In this document: piece by piece, positions 1-13,399 of the stretch
Layout: each line of letters begins with the position of its first letter
How positions within the stretch are numbered: position 1 is the stretch's first letter
DNA from: Eledone cirrhosa
Taxonomy: Eukaryota
Length of the DNA: 64,000 nucleotides
Assembly: GCA_964016885.1 (NCBI GenBank)
Contig: OZ024744.1
Location: 112,096,001-112,160,000, forward strand
Direction of reading: 5' to 3'
Notes under the pieces: generated by a model
The model's database searches: none
What the model saw: only the letters and a program-made list of their open reading frames with translations
Told to the model about the DNA's origin: nothing
Position numbers and translations under genes: made by a program

Positions 1-220
1 TGCAGGAGTGGGGGTGGTGGTGAGGTGTGTGTGTGGGTGGGTGGGGGTGGGGGGGGTGCAGGCAAAGTAAAACAATTTGGTAGGATTTAAAAGACTAACC
101 AAATTAAACTGTTCCGTTTTATTGACCTTAGCGGGATTTGAACTCAGAAACCCAGAATATAAAAAAAATGGGGATTAATTATGACAACAATTAACCAGAA
201 CAACCAGCCATCAGCTTTTG

Positions 221-259
<39 letters not shown>

Positions 260-699
260 TTATTTATTTTCACAAGCTGATGTGACTATAATTTCCACAT
301 CTATCTTTAGTGGAATAAACGTCCACATCTTAGGGTTTGTCGTCGCCGTCACACCATGCGTTTTCCATGCAATTTGCAGTATGGTGAGTCGCGTCAAATT
401 TCTCTCCACACATCTGCAATTATATTGCTCCATATACTATTTTTACATTGAAGAGATTTCTATTAGAATGCCGTAGACTACACCTCCGATGGTTATTCTG
501 AGTCTACTGTAGTTTAATTATAATCGATAGTTTGTGATCGATAACTGATTACATAGATTGATTTTAAATTACAGTTTACAGGATATGAAATAGTGCTATA
601 AGGTCTCTAATAATTCCACCTTCAGTACATATTCTTCTCTGTAATATGTATTTAGTATATATACAATAGATTGTGTTTTCTCTACAATATATGGTTCTT

Positions 700-759
<60 letters not shown>

Positions 760-1784
760 TCTTTTACATTTGACATATATATATATATTTTAATTCACCA
801 TTTAGCTTAAATGCCTCTACAAACATATCTAAGCTAATCTTCTCTTTACTAGATAGGAACTTTCCACCTGGACATAGCAGAGACTAATTAACAAAAATAC
901 AATTAAACTCTCTTTCACAACCACACCTAATATAGCTGCACAATTGGCTTTTAGTAACAACAGAAAATTAAAAAAGCATACAAAATCATTTAAAATGAAT
1001 AAAATGAATAAAATGAATAAAATTAGAACAATTACTGAATACATGTGACCAAATTAATCCTTCAATTAACAATATAACACACAAATTACATCTACCTCTT
1101 TAATTAATACAAATATCCAACACTAATATTACAATTAATAGCAATATCCTAAAAAATAACTGCATACTAACTCAGTAATCTAAACTGTAACTGTAGAAAC
1201 AAGGTACTATTTCCACTTAACAATTGACCAACAATATAGTATATGGTTGCATGGTCAACACCTCTAGACATTCTAAACTTTACATAGGGGCCACCTTGAA
1301 AAGTTTCAAAACAAGACACTAACAACAACAATATTAATAAAGATCAATGATAAAACAACTAAAAATAACAATAACATAACACTTAGAGAGGAACCCCAAG
1401 ATGGTAGGCAACCACAAAGAACAATTCAATACCCTAACCTCGACCCTGCAACACACACAACCTTGAATTATAATAACACCCAGTTTAAAACAACCATCTG
1501 GTTCTTGGATGAGTGTCTTTATTGGAGTTCAGCCCAGTTTGACATCCCATCTGGTCCTTGAGCAGATGTCTTTAGCAGTATCCAGTATGTAGCAATCATA
1601 TGGACCATATCTCAAATTTTACGATACATTCTTCCCTCTCTTCCACCAATCTCAGCAACCTTAAACAAGGTCATCAGCATTGCTTGTCCATCCCTGGCTA
1701 AACACCTCCTCCCACCAAAATTTCTGGTCAATATCAAGAGCCTTTCCCCAGTTACTGTCACCAGCCTACAACCATACATTTAAT

Positions 1785-1925
1785 TATGACAGTTTCTCTA
1801 CCTTCAGTCACCTTTCATAAAGCTTACTGGAGGGCAGGACCTCCATATCTTCCATCAGTAACCTCTTCAAGTGGTACTTGAGCAAGTTGATGAGGCCTTG
1901 GCCTATGAGGAAAACCTTCCAACCA
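1785..1925 (-). pseudogene. Degenerate Tx1/L1-type LINE ORF2 C-terminal fragment
   Basis: Minus-strand translation KVFLIGQGLINLLKYHLKRLLMEDMEVLPSSKLYER* resembles the C-terminus of Tx1-like ORF2 proteins (recalled similarity, not searched); contains an in-frame stop. Confidence 0.35.
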
Positions 1926-2699
1926 CAGCCATAACAACTTCCATTGCCATGGTCAGCAGTGAGAAGCAGAACAGACTACCCTGACTATTCCTTACTAAGG
2001 AAAGGTAATAAGTCAACCATCCCAATAGACTTGGATGATAACCATCGGATCAATGTCAGCATTCAGTTAAAATTACAAATGCCCTCATTAGTTAATAATA
2101 ATAATTATGAAGATGACTCTTTGCTTGTGTGAAGGGCATGAAAACCTCCTTAGTGCAGATGCCATCATAAAATGTACCGAGTGCACTATCTAATGAGGTT
2201 GGTGATTAGAAACTCATCTGACTGTAGAAGCCATGTGAAATAAGGGCCAAGAGAGCTCTTCAATTGTGTCATGGATGACAACCTCACTAGTGTTTATGCC
2301 AGGATAAAATGAACCCAGTACACCTGTAAAGTGGTTGACATTTAGTTGTAGAAACAATATCAAAACTGGAAAGCATGTAAGTGAAATGTGTGAAGCCAAC
2401 ATGGAAATATGGATGTTAAATGATGATGATGATGATGATAACACACAAGGGCCTAACATTGAAGCAAAGGTGTATAGTTGATAGAATTGATACCAGTTCT
2501 TGACCAGTACTTATTTCATTGGTAGACAGAAACTGTGTGGAGGTGCATTATGTGTACAAGTGTGTGTGTTTATGTTCTGTAACTTATCAGTTCTACACAA
2601 AGAAGAGACTGATCAAATAAATACCAGAATAAAAAAGATAAAAATAAAAATAAGCACTGAGTGTTGATTGACTAAAACAACTGCCAAAGTACCAAGGAA

Positions 2700-3040
2700 T
2701 CATCATCATCATTTCATTTTACGTCCGCTTTTCCCTGCTTGCAAGGGTGGGACGGGAACTGATTCTGGCTTGATTTCTACAGCTGGATGCCCTTCCTAAC
2801 ACCAACCTTATTTACAGTGAGTGCTGGGTGCTTTTTTTCCGTGGCGCCTACACGTCCACTTTGCAGTGGAATGATAGGGACCCCAGTCCTATCATCTCAT
2901 TTCTACAGCTGAGTAAATTGGAGCAATGTGAAATAGAGTGTCTTGCTCAAGGAAACAACACATCACCCGGTCTGAGAATTGAGCTCACAACCTTTCGATT
3001 GCCAGGCCAATGCTCTAACCACTAAGCCATGTGCCTCCAT
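2700..3040 (-). mobile_element. Composite SINE: tRNA-derived head with CORE/V-like body, plus RTE-type 3' tail ending in (GAT)n
   Basis: Minus strand reads ggaggcacatggcttagtggttagagc (A box) ... gagctcaattc (B box) ... ccttgagcaagacact ..., then ttaggaagggcatccagctgtagaa ... cggacgtaaaatgaaatgatgatg. Near-identical copies at 14970-15309 and 54135-54290. Confidence 0.8.
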
Positions 3041-3880
3041 CATAAAGTGAAAAATCTGTTTTTTTCTGTTCAATGAAGCAGGCAATAGATATAAAACAGA
3101 GCTTAAGGTAACAGACAAGATACAAGGAGGCTGGGAAAATAACTAGAGATGCTACTTTTAAATTTCTACATTAAACATTAGATTTCAAAATGTAACAATT
3201 ACAATGAATGTAGGCATGTGGCCATGTTTAAAATGTCTTTGGTCCGGAAGTTATAAAACACATAAGTGTTGTTTTTTCAAGATTGGACTCAGGTCACAAT
3301 GAATAAAATATGTGAGAAACCCAAACTACTAGACTGTGCACTTTCACACATAACAACATAACACTGCATATACTCAGGGTACACACAGCTGCATTCAGTT
3401 GTATAGTCATAGTATAAAAATAAAATTAAAAACAAAACTACACATACTAGTGTTGATGGTGGTGTTGGTGTTGATGGTGGTTATAGTAGTAGTGATGATT
3501 GTGGAGATAATAGTATTGTAGTTATGCTGTTAGTGGTGGTGATGGTTGTGGTGTGTTGGTGTTGATGAGAGTTTAGAGGTGATGGTGGTAGTGATAAAGA
3601 TACAATTCAGTGAAATTTTTGTTTGTCTATTTTTTTTAAAGTCCATTTTATTAGTGAGTATACCCGCACCAGGTCAGTTATTTTCCTACAGTTACAGAAG
3701 CCAGAAGCCACACTCCATGTGAACATTTTTTTTTTTATATATACAGTGAAATTCTTGAGATTTTTTTTAAGAATAACACTCTTAGAGCATTGCTCACCTA
3801 TTTACCAATGACTAAATCAAAACATCAAAGATATATGATGATCATCATCATTGCCACCACAATAATAATAATAATAATTA

Positions 3881-4450
3881 GGCTGGAGACATGATATGAT
3901 AGGAAAGGTGATTCACTGGCATCTATGCAAACTAAATAATTTACCACTTTCTGAGAAGTGGTATGAGCATAAGCCAGAGTCGGTGATAGAAAACGATCAG
4001 GTGAAGGTGCTGTGGGATTTTAGGATACAGACAGACAAGAAATTAGAACACAATAGGGCTGACCTGGTGGTTTTGGACAAGGAAAAAAGAGTGTGCCTGA
4101 TTGTAGATGTAGCTCAGCCCTTTGACACGAGAGTGCAAGACAAGGAGAAGAAGAAAATTAACCGATACCAGGACTTAAAGTGGGAGTTAAAAAGGATTTG
4201 GAACTGCCATGAAGTCAAGGTCATTCCGATTGTCATAGGCGCACTAGGTACTATCTCAAAGAGTTTCCAAGGATGGTTAAAGAAGATTAGTCCAGCCCCA
4301 CTTTTTGGAACACTTCAAAAGCCATGCTTGCTGGGAACAGCAAGAACCCTCCGATACGTTCTGAATATCTGAGGCTGCAGGTAGCGGCTTGATATTCATT
4401 TCAACAAACTTTCCAGTTAAATAACATCAATGACTGAGACTCAAAGAACA
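3881..4450 (+). mobile_element. 5'-truncated R4/Dong-like non-LTR retrotransposon (restriction-like endonuclease domain + 3' UTR)
   Basis: ORF 3896-4372 is preceded by WRHD and has HNRADLVVLDK...IVDVAQPFD...KINRYQDL...IPIVIGALG...LLGTAR, the PD-(D/E)xK RLE of R2/R4/NeSL-type elements. Flanked on both sides by (AAT)n. Confidence 0.85.
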
Positions 4451-4609
4451 AGAACAACAACAACAATAATAATAATAATAATAATAAATGGTTACATAAC
4501 CACCGGTGATTTTAGCGTGGCACCATCACGCTGGAGACGAAAATAAATAAATAAACAAATAAATAAATAAAAACATAAAAAAATAAACATAAGTTTCATT
4601 GTAATGTTT

Positions 4610-5615
4610 GAAGGACTGTTCAGATGGAGAAAAACAACCTGCACAAATATGTGACTGACAGTAGGGAGCCAATGCTCAAAATTGTACTGAAGGAGAAGAC
4701 AATAGACCAGGGGATGTTCAAGGAGGAAATAACAACAAGGAAGAAGAGCAACCTTCATGGAAAATCCCTTCATAGTACCTTCTTTGAGAAAACTGAATTT
4801 AGAGATCCACAGACATGGAACTGGTTAAAAAGAGGAGACCTTAAAAAAGCTACAGAAGGAATGCTAATGGCTGCGCAAGACAGGCCCTCAGAACGAAGTG
4901 GGTGAAACACCATATTGACAAGGAGGAGGCTAGCTCACTGTGTAGGATCTGTGGAGAGAGAGAGAGAGGAGACTGTGGCTCACATTGTATCTGAGTGTAA
5001 ACACCTAGCCCAAAGTCACTATAAGGGCTGGAGACATGATGTGATGGGCAGGGTCATACACTGGCATCTATGTAAAGTAAACAATTTACCACATTCTGAG
5101 AAGTGGTATGAACATAAGCCAGAGTCGGTGATAGAAAACGATCAGGTGAAGGTGCTGTGAGATTTTAGGATACAAATGGACAAGAAACTGGAACACAATA
5201 GGCCTGACCTGGTGGTTTAGAACAAGGTAAAAAGATCATGCCTGATTGTAGATGTAGCCTGCCCATTTGACACAAGAGTGCAAGAAAAGGAGAGGGAGAA
5301 AATTAACCGATACCAGGATTTAAAGTGGGAGATAAAAAGGATTTGGAACTGCTATGAAATCAAGGTGATCCCGATTGTTATAGGCGCACTAGGGACTATC
5401 TCAAAGAGTTTCCAAGGATGGTTAAAGAAGATTAGTCCAGCCCCATTTTTTGGAACACTTCAAAAGATTAGTCCAGCCCCATTTTTTGGAACACTTCAAA
5501 AGCATGCAAGAACCCTCCGATACGTCCTGAATGTCTGAGGCTGCAGGTAGCGGCTTGATATTCATTTCAACAAACTTTCCAGTTAAATAACATCAATGAC
5601 TGAGACTCAACGAAT
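4610..5615 (+). mobile_element. Second, longer copy of the same R4/Dong-like element (CCHC remnant, RHD, RLE), disrupted
   Basis: Fragments TEGMLMAAQD, ETVAHIVSEC, WRHD and RLE with frameshifts and stops. Same 3' UTR as the 3881 copy (ggctgcaggtagcggcttgatattc...gactgagactcaa) plus an (AAT)n tail; 36-nt internal duplication (KISPAPFFGTLQ x2). Confidence 0.85.
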
Positions 5616-5625
5616 AATAATAATC

Positions 5626-5654
<29 letters not shown>

Positions 5655-5656
<2 letters not shown>

Positions 5657-6100
5657 TTGTTTCTACTTTTGGCACAAGGCCAGCAATTATCCCAGTGCAT
5701 TACTGGTACTTTATTTTATCAACCCCGTAAAGGATGAAAGGCCCAGTTAACCTCGGCGGGATTTGAACTCAGATCATAAAGGGACGTAACTATGCTGGAA
5801 AGCATGGCGTCCGACCCTCTACCGATACTGCCAATCCACCGTTTATTTTATCAACCCCGTAAAGGATGAAAGGCCCAGTTAACCTCGGCGGGATTTGAAC
5901 TCAGATCATAAAGGGACGTAACTATGCTGGAAAGCATGGCGTCCGACCCTCTACCGATACTGCCAATCCACCGTTTATTTTATCAACCCCGTAAAGGATG
6001 AAAGGCCCAGTTAACCTCGGCAGGATTTGAACTCAGATCAGAAAGGGGCGTAACTCTATGCCGCAAAGCCTGTTGTCCGACCCTCTACCGATACTGCCAA
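5655..6100 (-). mobile_element. tRNA-derived Meta-domain SINE with its 5' 132 bp tandemly triplicated
   Basis: Minus strand: ggattggcagtatcggtagag (A box), tgagttcaaatccc (B box), gccgaggttaact..gcctttcatcctt..cggggttgataaaataaagtaccag (Meta-domain-like). The unit repeats at 5710, 5842 and 5974. Confidence 0.8.
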
Positions 6101-6845
6101 ACCAATGTGTAAATTGATAAATCGATAAGATTTTGAGACCTTCTTTTCAGAAATAAGCAAAAACCATAGCCATTATAAATATGATAACAAAAGGCTTAAA
6201 TTGTTTATATTTATCTAAAAACCTTCTATTATAATTTTAAAGTTAGTTATATTATAAATCTTTCCAAATTCTTGATTATTTTCAAAATTATTTGAAAACC
6301 ATAGACAGTGTCATTTTTAAAGATAGAGACAAGGTAATGAAATGGTTAAGATCAGGTTCAACCAGTGTTTATTTGCATGAGTTATACTGTAGCAATTATA
6401 CTAAACTACTTCTACTTCTTATTATTCTTATTCTTTTATTGTTTTTTTTTTTTTTTATTTAATCAGAGGAAGGAAGGGCAGTACCTATGATTAGAGGGTG
6501 AAGGGGGAATGAGGGAGGGAGAAAGTTATCTTCAGACATGGAGACCTGTCAGGAATGCTTGCAATATAGTGGACTCTGCTAAAGACACTCAAGGGTCAGG
6601 TGTTAGTTTTTAAACTGTGTGACATATTGAATCCACTGCGTAACCTCTATGACACATACTTAAGAAATGATAGTTAAAAGGATGGTCTGCTGTTGTTGAT
6701 AGGGTTGGTAGAGGAGGTAGGACCTACCTACAGATTCACTCCACCCAGATACTCACACACACACACACACAATGTAAAATCCTCTACTGTCTTTAATGTT
6801 TTTCTCAATGTAAACCCTTTGTGGTTAAAAAAGACATAATTATAA

Positions 6846-7030
6846 TAATTGTTTCTACTTTAGGCACAAGGCCGGCAATTACCCAGTGCATTACTGGTAC
6901 TTTTATCTTATCGACCCCGTAAGGATGAAAGGCAAAGTCAACCTCGGCGGGATTTGAACTCAGATCGTAAAGGGACGTAACTATGCTGGAAAGCATGGCG
7001 TCCGACCCTCTACCGATACTGCCAATCCAT
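6846..7030 (-). mobile_element. Meta-domain SINE copy
   Basis: Same family as 5655; A/B boxes and (ATT)n tail. Confidence 0.85.
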
Positions 7031-7039
7031 TATAATAAT

Positions 7040-8350
7040 ATAGATGCATCAATCCCCACAGACGACAATATATCTTCCAAGGAAATAGAGGAACTCTCCA
7101 AATATAAAGATCTAGAGGTACAAATAACTTGAATGTGGAAAACAAACAATACCTATAATAATAGGTGCTCTAGGAATGATGAAAAAACACAGACAAATAC
7201 ATAGCCAAAACCGCAGGACTTACATATATATATACAGCATACAAAAGATAGCACTACTAGGCACTGTATATATATTATATAGAGTACTACAGGACTTACA
7301 AATATATACAACATACAAAAGATAGCACTACTAGGCACTGTATATATATTATATAGAGTACCACAGGACTTACAAATATATACAGCATACAAAAGATAGC
7401 ACTACTAGGTACTGTATATATATTATATAGAGTACCACAGGACTTACAAATATATACAACATACAAAAGATAGCACTACTAGGCACTGTATATATATTAT
7501 ATAGAGTACTACAGGACTTACAAATATATACAACATACAAAAGATAGCACTACTAGGCACTGTGTATATATTATATAGAGTACTACAGGACTTACAAATA
7601 TATACAACATACAAAAGATAGCACTACTAGGCACTGTATATATATTATATAGAGTACTACAGGACTTACAAATATATACAACATACAAAAGATAGCACTA
7701 CTAGGCACTGTGTATATATTATATAGAGTACCACAGGACTTACAAATATATACAACATACAAAAGATAGAACTACTAGGTACTGTATATATATTATATAG
7801 AGGAACCCAGGACTTACAAATATATACAACATACAAAAGATAGAACTACTAGGTACTGTATATATATTATATAGAGTACCACAGGACTTACAAATATATA
7901 CAACATACAAAAGATAGAACTACTAGGTACTGTATATATATTATATAGAGGAACCCAGGACTTACAAATATATACAACATACAAAAGATAGCACTACTAG
8001 GCACTGTATATATATTATATAGAGTACCACAGGACTTACAAATATATACAACATACAAAAGATAGCACTACTAGGCACTGTATATATATTATATAGAGTA
8101 CCACAGAACTTACAAATATATACAGCATACAAAAGATAGCACTACTAGGCACTGTGTATATATTATATAGAGTACCACAGGACTTACAAATATATACAAC
8201 ATACAAAAGATAGCACTACTAGGCACTGCACACAAAAAGTACTATCAATACAATAGAAACAACATCAGCATAAACTACACTGCACATACCCAAGGACCAC
8301 AGAGCTGTGCTCAATAAAGCAATAATGATGTGCAGTAAAAATAATGGAAA
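7040..8350 (+). mobile_element. Degenerate R4/Dong-like RLE 3' fragment (second family) containing a minisatellite
   Basis: Translates as IDASIPTDDNISSKEIEELSKYKDL...IPIIIGALG...IQKIALLGTAH, with the last segment tandemly amplified. Confidence 0.7.
7214..8232 (+). repeat. 74-bp minisatellite, about 14 copies
   Basis: Unit caggacttacaaatatatacaacatacaaaagatagcactactaggcactgtatatatattatatagagtacca recurs at 7290, 7364, 7438 and onward. Confidence 0.95.
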
Positions 8351-8354
8351 TGAT

Positions 8355-8775
8355 AATGGTTTCTGATTCAGGCACAAGGCCAACAATTTTGAAGAAAAGG
8401 AAAGTCGATCAAATCGACCTCAGTGCGTGACTGGTACTTTATTTTATCGACCCCGTAAGGATGAATGTTAAAGCTAACCATGGCGGGATTTGAACTCAGA
8501 ACATAAAGTGCTGTAACTCTATGCTGCAAAGCAGGTTATCCAACGCTCTACTGATACTGCCAATCCACTACCCCATAATAATAATTGTTTCTACTTTTGG
8601 CACAAGGCCAGAAATTATCACAGTGTATTACTGGTACTTTATTTTATTGACCCCGTAGGGATGAAAGGCAAAGTTAACCTCGGCGGGATTTGAACTCAGA
8701 CCATAAAGGGCCGTAACTCTTTGCTGCAAAGCACGGCGTCTGACCCTCTACTGATACTGCCAATACACCGCCCTA
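8355..8775 (-). mobile_element. Two adjacent Meta-domain SINE copies
   Basis: 8355-8575 (long variant) and 8583-8774, both with B box tgagttcaaatccc on the minus strand and AAT-type tails. Confidence 0.85.
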
Positions 8776-8789
8776 TAATAATAATAATG

Positions 8790-11092
8790 AGCGTGTCCCT
8801 TCCACAAAACACTCTAGTGCAGTCAGGTGAGGCTTAGGACAAGGCACGACGGTCAGGCGGTAGTAGATGACAGATGCGATATATGCGTTCGCCACCTCCG
8901 CTCGACCTTTCAGGGATAGCTTCCTCTCGGCTCATTTCTGGGTGAGAGAGGACACCCTGCTCGTCACTTCATCCCAGTTTTTCCCCGTCTGGAGGTCTGG
9001 ACCGAACCAGACCCCTAGCATTTTAACCGGCTCGTCCGTCCAGCATCCGACGACTCTGTTGGACGGCATGGACCTGCCTCTCCAGGCACCGAGTTGCAGG
9101 CCCACCGATTTTTTCTAGTTGATCATTGCTACTGTCACCGCCTCGTATTCTCTTAGTGTAGTGCCGATTGCCTCGATGTGTTTGGCGTTCAACACCACTA
9201 AGGTGACATCGTCTCCATATGCTGACACGCTTCTTCCGCATACTAGTTTGTGCAGTAATGGCTCGAGAGTGGACATCCTTGGCGGATCGAGCGCATGATG
9301 TTGAACACTTCCGAAAGGTGACCATTCACTTTCACCACAGAGCAGATGATGTCGCTGTGCATGGCAGCGATCCAGCCTCTGAAGACAGGCCCAAAGCCAG
9401 CCACCCTCAGGACTGCCGCCAGATAATGATGGTCGACCCTATCGAAAGCTTTTGACCGATCTAAATTGATCAAGGACCCACCCGTGCCAGGTTTCCTAAC
9501 TACCCTCTCCACAATGTATTGCATGAGGTGGAGGTTTTCGTGGATGGATCTGTCTGGAATGGCGCATGTCTGCACCTCTCCCACCAGACCAACAACGACA
9601 AGTGCCAACCTCTTTGCCAAAATCTTGAACTCTGTGTTTAGCAGAGTTATGGGCCTGAAATTATCTATGTTATCCCCATTGTTTGGATCCTTTCTCAGCA
9701 GCACCACCGATCCTTGGCTCACAGAGCTGGGTATTCTCCCTTTCTGTTGCCAGTTGCAGTAGATGTCCGCCAAGAGGTCTCCGAACAAGTCTGGCATGTG
9801 TAGATGAAGTTTGTAGAGCAGACCATCCAAACCAGGTGATTTACCAAAGTGCAGTCAGTCATTGCTACCCATATTTCAGCGGCTGTTATTGGCCTTTCGC
9901 AACACTCCGGTTCAGTGGCCGAGAGCCGCGGCAGTCTGTTGAGGTAGGCGCTAAAGTCCATCCCGCAATCTGGCCCGCCATTTCCCCCAAAGAGCTGAGT
10001 GAAGTGTTGCTGAAAAGCTTCACACATTTGCCCGAGATCGAGTAGCATGCGCTCGTCATGGTCCTCCAAAGATCGGATTGTAGCAACAAAGCCATGATCC
10101 GGTCTTTGGAGGACCACGATAGATCTTTATATGGCTTTGTTGCCACGACGTGCCTCTGCGCCACAAACGACACACCTAAGCCTTCTACCTTCAACGATTA
10201 CGGTGAAGTGGCTGCCGTCATTGAGGTCTATCACCTCTGGAATCTCTTGGATGTATTTCTGGCTTGCTTGGATCAGGAGCTCGATCCCACATCCGGACCA
10301 GTTCTCCTGTTTTACTTTGATGACCTCCATCACTTTTATGTCGGCCTCGATGTCAGTGAGGACGGCAACCATCAGCCAGGGAATTTCAATGGCTGGCGGT
10401 ACCTGGGTCACCCTGATTCTTACCAGCCTCTGACCACAATAGCTAGGGACGAGTGTGAATTCGTCACTTTTTAATTGGGCCATGGAGTACTCTCTGGCCC
10501 ACGGTTTCATATCTTTGTCCACGTCTGATGTGGGTTGTTTGAGCCCACACATGTCCCAGAGCATTTTGGATCTGGGACTCGGATGCCCGCTCCACTCGGC
10601 ATGTTTTTATATTTGTTGTGTGAAAAGATACACACAGTATATAGGCACCGATGCTCCACGGTATTTGATGGAACCATTTTCTTTTTACCATTCGCTTGGT
10701 AATGGTGGGAAATCTACGTCTGCAAGTGACAAACCTAAGTAACTGTTACTGCTGTTGCTGCTGTTAGTGAAAATATTTTCAGTCTTAGCAACCGTAGCAA
10801 GGTTTACAATGGTTGTGGTGGGAGATGTTGGTCTGTTAGAACTACTGTCAGCAGATTTGGGTAGCCGAATGCCATCCATATATTTTTTTTTTTAAAGAAA
10901 TGTTTGTTTGACAAAATAAAGTTTAAATTTTGGGCTCAAGCCCCAATATTATTGAGTGTCCTTTTCAGAAAGCAATATATATGAATTTATAAACACTTAA
11001 CAACAAAAATTTTCCATAACTGGCAATTTGAAACAACTGAAAACAACAAACCTTTGTGGAGCTCACAATAATACATTTTCCTACATAAGTCG
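8790..11092 (-). mobile_element. Tx1/L1-clade LINE remnant: ORF1 fused by internal deletion to the RT region of ORF2
   Basis: ORF1 pieces 10879-10685 and 10564-10127 end in VEGRRLRCVVCG (start of a zinc knuckle). RT piece 9830-9243 has FRPITLLNTEFKILAK, LDRSKAFDRVDH and RQGCPLS. No APE domain; multiple frameshifts. Confidence 0.85.
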
Positions 11093-11102
11093 CCAATAAT
11101 AA

Positions 11103-11722
11103 TAATTGTTTCTATTTTTGGCACAAGGCCAGCAATTATCCCAGTGTATTACTGGTACTTTATTTTATCGACCCCGTAAGGATGAAAGGCAAAGTTAACC
11201 TCGGTGGGATTTGAACTCAGACCATAAAGGGCCGTAACTCTCCAATAATAATAATAATTGTTTCTACTTTTGGCACAAGGCCAGCAATTACCCAGTGTAT
11301 TACTGGTACTTTATTTTATCGACTCCGTAAGGATGAAAGGCAAAGTTAACCTCGGCGGGATTTGAACTCAGAATGGCAAGGGCCTTAACTCTATGCGTCC
11401 GACCCTCTACCGATACTGCCAATCCACCGCCCTTAATAATAATAATAATAATAATGGTTTCTGATATAGGCACAAGGCCAGCAATTTTCAGGAAGGGGAA
11501 AGTTGATTAAATCGATCGGTACTTATTTTATCGACCCCATAAAGATGAAAGGCAAAGCTAACTGTGGCAGGATTTGAACTCAGAACGTAAAGGGACGTAA
11601 CTTTATGCCACAAAGCATGGTCCCTGATGCTTTACCAATATTGCCAATCCACTGCCTTCTATAATAATAATTGTTTCTACTTTTGGCACAAGGCCAGCAA
11701 TTACCCAGTGCATTACTGGTAC
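11103..11722 (-). mobile_element. Cluster of four Meta-domain SINE copies/fragments separated by (AAT)n
   Basis: Repeated attgtttctacttttggcacaaggccagcaatt...gggatttgaactcag motif at about 11103, 11256, 11454 (long variant) and 11670 (fragment). Confidence 0.85.
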
Positions 11723-12224
11723 TATAATTTCTCTAGAAATTGTTATCATGAAAATAGAGCTCAAAACGCTGAACCTTACATAGGAGATGACAACACGTGG
11801 AGAGAAAGGGTGTGTTGAATTGACAGTCACAAGAAAAGATTAATAATTTCTTTATTAAAACAAGATGGGGTCTTGTTACTCTGGAGTTTATCCTGTGTAC
11901 TCACACAGTTGTCAGACAAGACAAATGGCAACCCCGTGAGTACACAGGTAAAACCCCAAAATAACAAGACTAAATTTTGGTTTTAATAAAGAAGATATAT
12001 TATTAAATTCAATACAGCAAAGACATGACACAGTGAAATGCAAAGACATGCGTTACCAAACCATTACTAGCTGTGCTAGGGCGAGAAATAACATTCTAAT
12101 TTTATCATTAGTTTTTGGCAAGCCCAGCCGTAACTCATTTGGTATGCAAATGAGGCTACTCAGCCGATGTGTACTTAAGAAAATACTATATATTTTCAAC
12201 CGTTCAACAGATTGGCAGAGGTAT

Positions 12225-12267
12225 ACAGTCCTGATGAAGGGTAATGACCCAGAAACATGTTGATTGT
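12225..12267 (+). ncRNA. Minimal type I hammerhead ribozyme (Penelope-type)
   Basis: acagtc CTGATGA a gggt-aatg-accc a GAAA catg TT gattgt. Stem I acagtc/gattgt, extendable with ggcagagg/cctcattgcc; palindromic stem III. Confidence 0.65.
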
Positions 12268-12364
12268 TCCTCATTGCCAGTGTTGAACAAAGAGGTGACG
12301 ATTCATTCATCGGCATGGCACAGCTTTAATCGGGCCATTTGTTTACAAACGATCGGATATTATT

Positions 12365-12965
12365 ACATTCTGAGTTCGAATCCCACCGAGGTTAACTTTG
12401 CCTTTCATCCTTACGGGGCGTCGATAAAATAAAGTACCAGTAATGTACTGGGTAATTGCTGGCCTTGTGCCAAAAAGTAGAAACAATTATTACTAGTCAG
12501 TAGGCACGCACCTCTAAACCCAATATACACACCACCCCACACACCCTACCCCATCCTCCCACTTCCATCCACTGTGTCAGTGACACGACAAACAGCACAC
12601 AGTCCACGTGTAGGAGACACGGTAAAAAGGCTCCCAGACCACACTGTAAAGTGGTTGGTGTTAGGAAGGGCCTTCAGCTGTAGAAATCCTGCTAGAGACA
12701 CTTCCGTACAAGTGAGACACGGTCTCCCGACCAATCCGGTCTAACCCATGCTAGCGTGGAAGATGGACGTTAAACGATAATTGTTTCTACTTTAGGCACA
12801 AGGCCAGCAATTATCCCAGTTCATTACTGGTACTTTATTTTATCGACCCCGTAAGGATGAAAGGCAAAGTCAACCTCGGCGGGATTTGAACTCAGACCCT
12901 AAAGGGACGTAACTATGCTGGAAAGCATGGCGTCCAACCCTCTACCGATACTGCCAATCCACCGC
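12365..12965. mobile_element. SINE cluster: Meta-SINE (+, 12365-12490), RTE-tail SINE (+, 12585-12778), Meta-SINE (-, 12778-12965)
   Basis: Matches to the SINE motifs repeated elsewhere in the window. Confidence 0.75.
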
Positions 12966-13034
12966 GTTAAACGATAATGATGATGAATCGATATAACCCA
13001 TACACACATACATATATGTATATATGTGTGTATG

Positions 13035-13068
<34 letters not shown>

Positions 13069-13399
13069 CATACATATATATATATATATGAGTGTATGTA
13101 TGCATACTTACATATATATATATATATGTATATATGACACAGGACCAGGATCTCTGGTGTTATGCAGTAATACAGAAGACCCGCCTTCCCATGAGGACAC
13201 ACTGACGCACACATCTGTGTGCACCACCTTCATCCCCCCCCCCCCCCGTCCCTAACCCTAACTTTTATAACCACTTCCACACGCCCTAATACTCCACCCC
13301 TTACACATGCCCATATACCAACCTCCCTAATCTCCACACATCCCTTTTCACCAAATTCCTCAGCCCATGATAGTGACACAACGAAAAGAGCACAACTCA

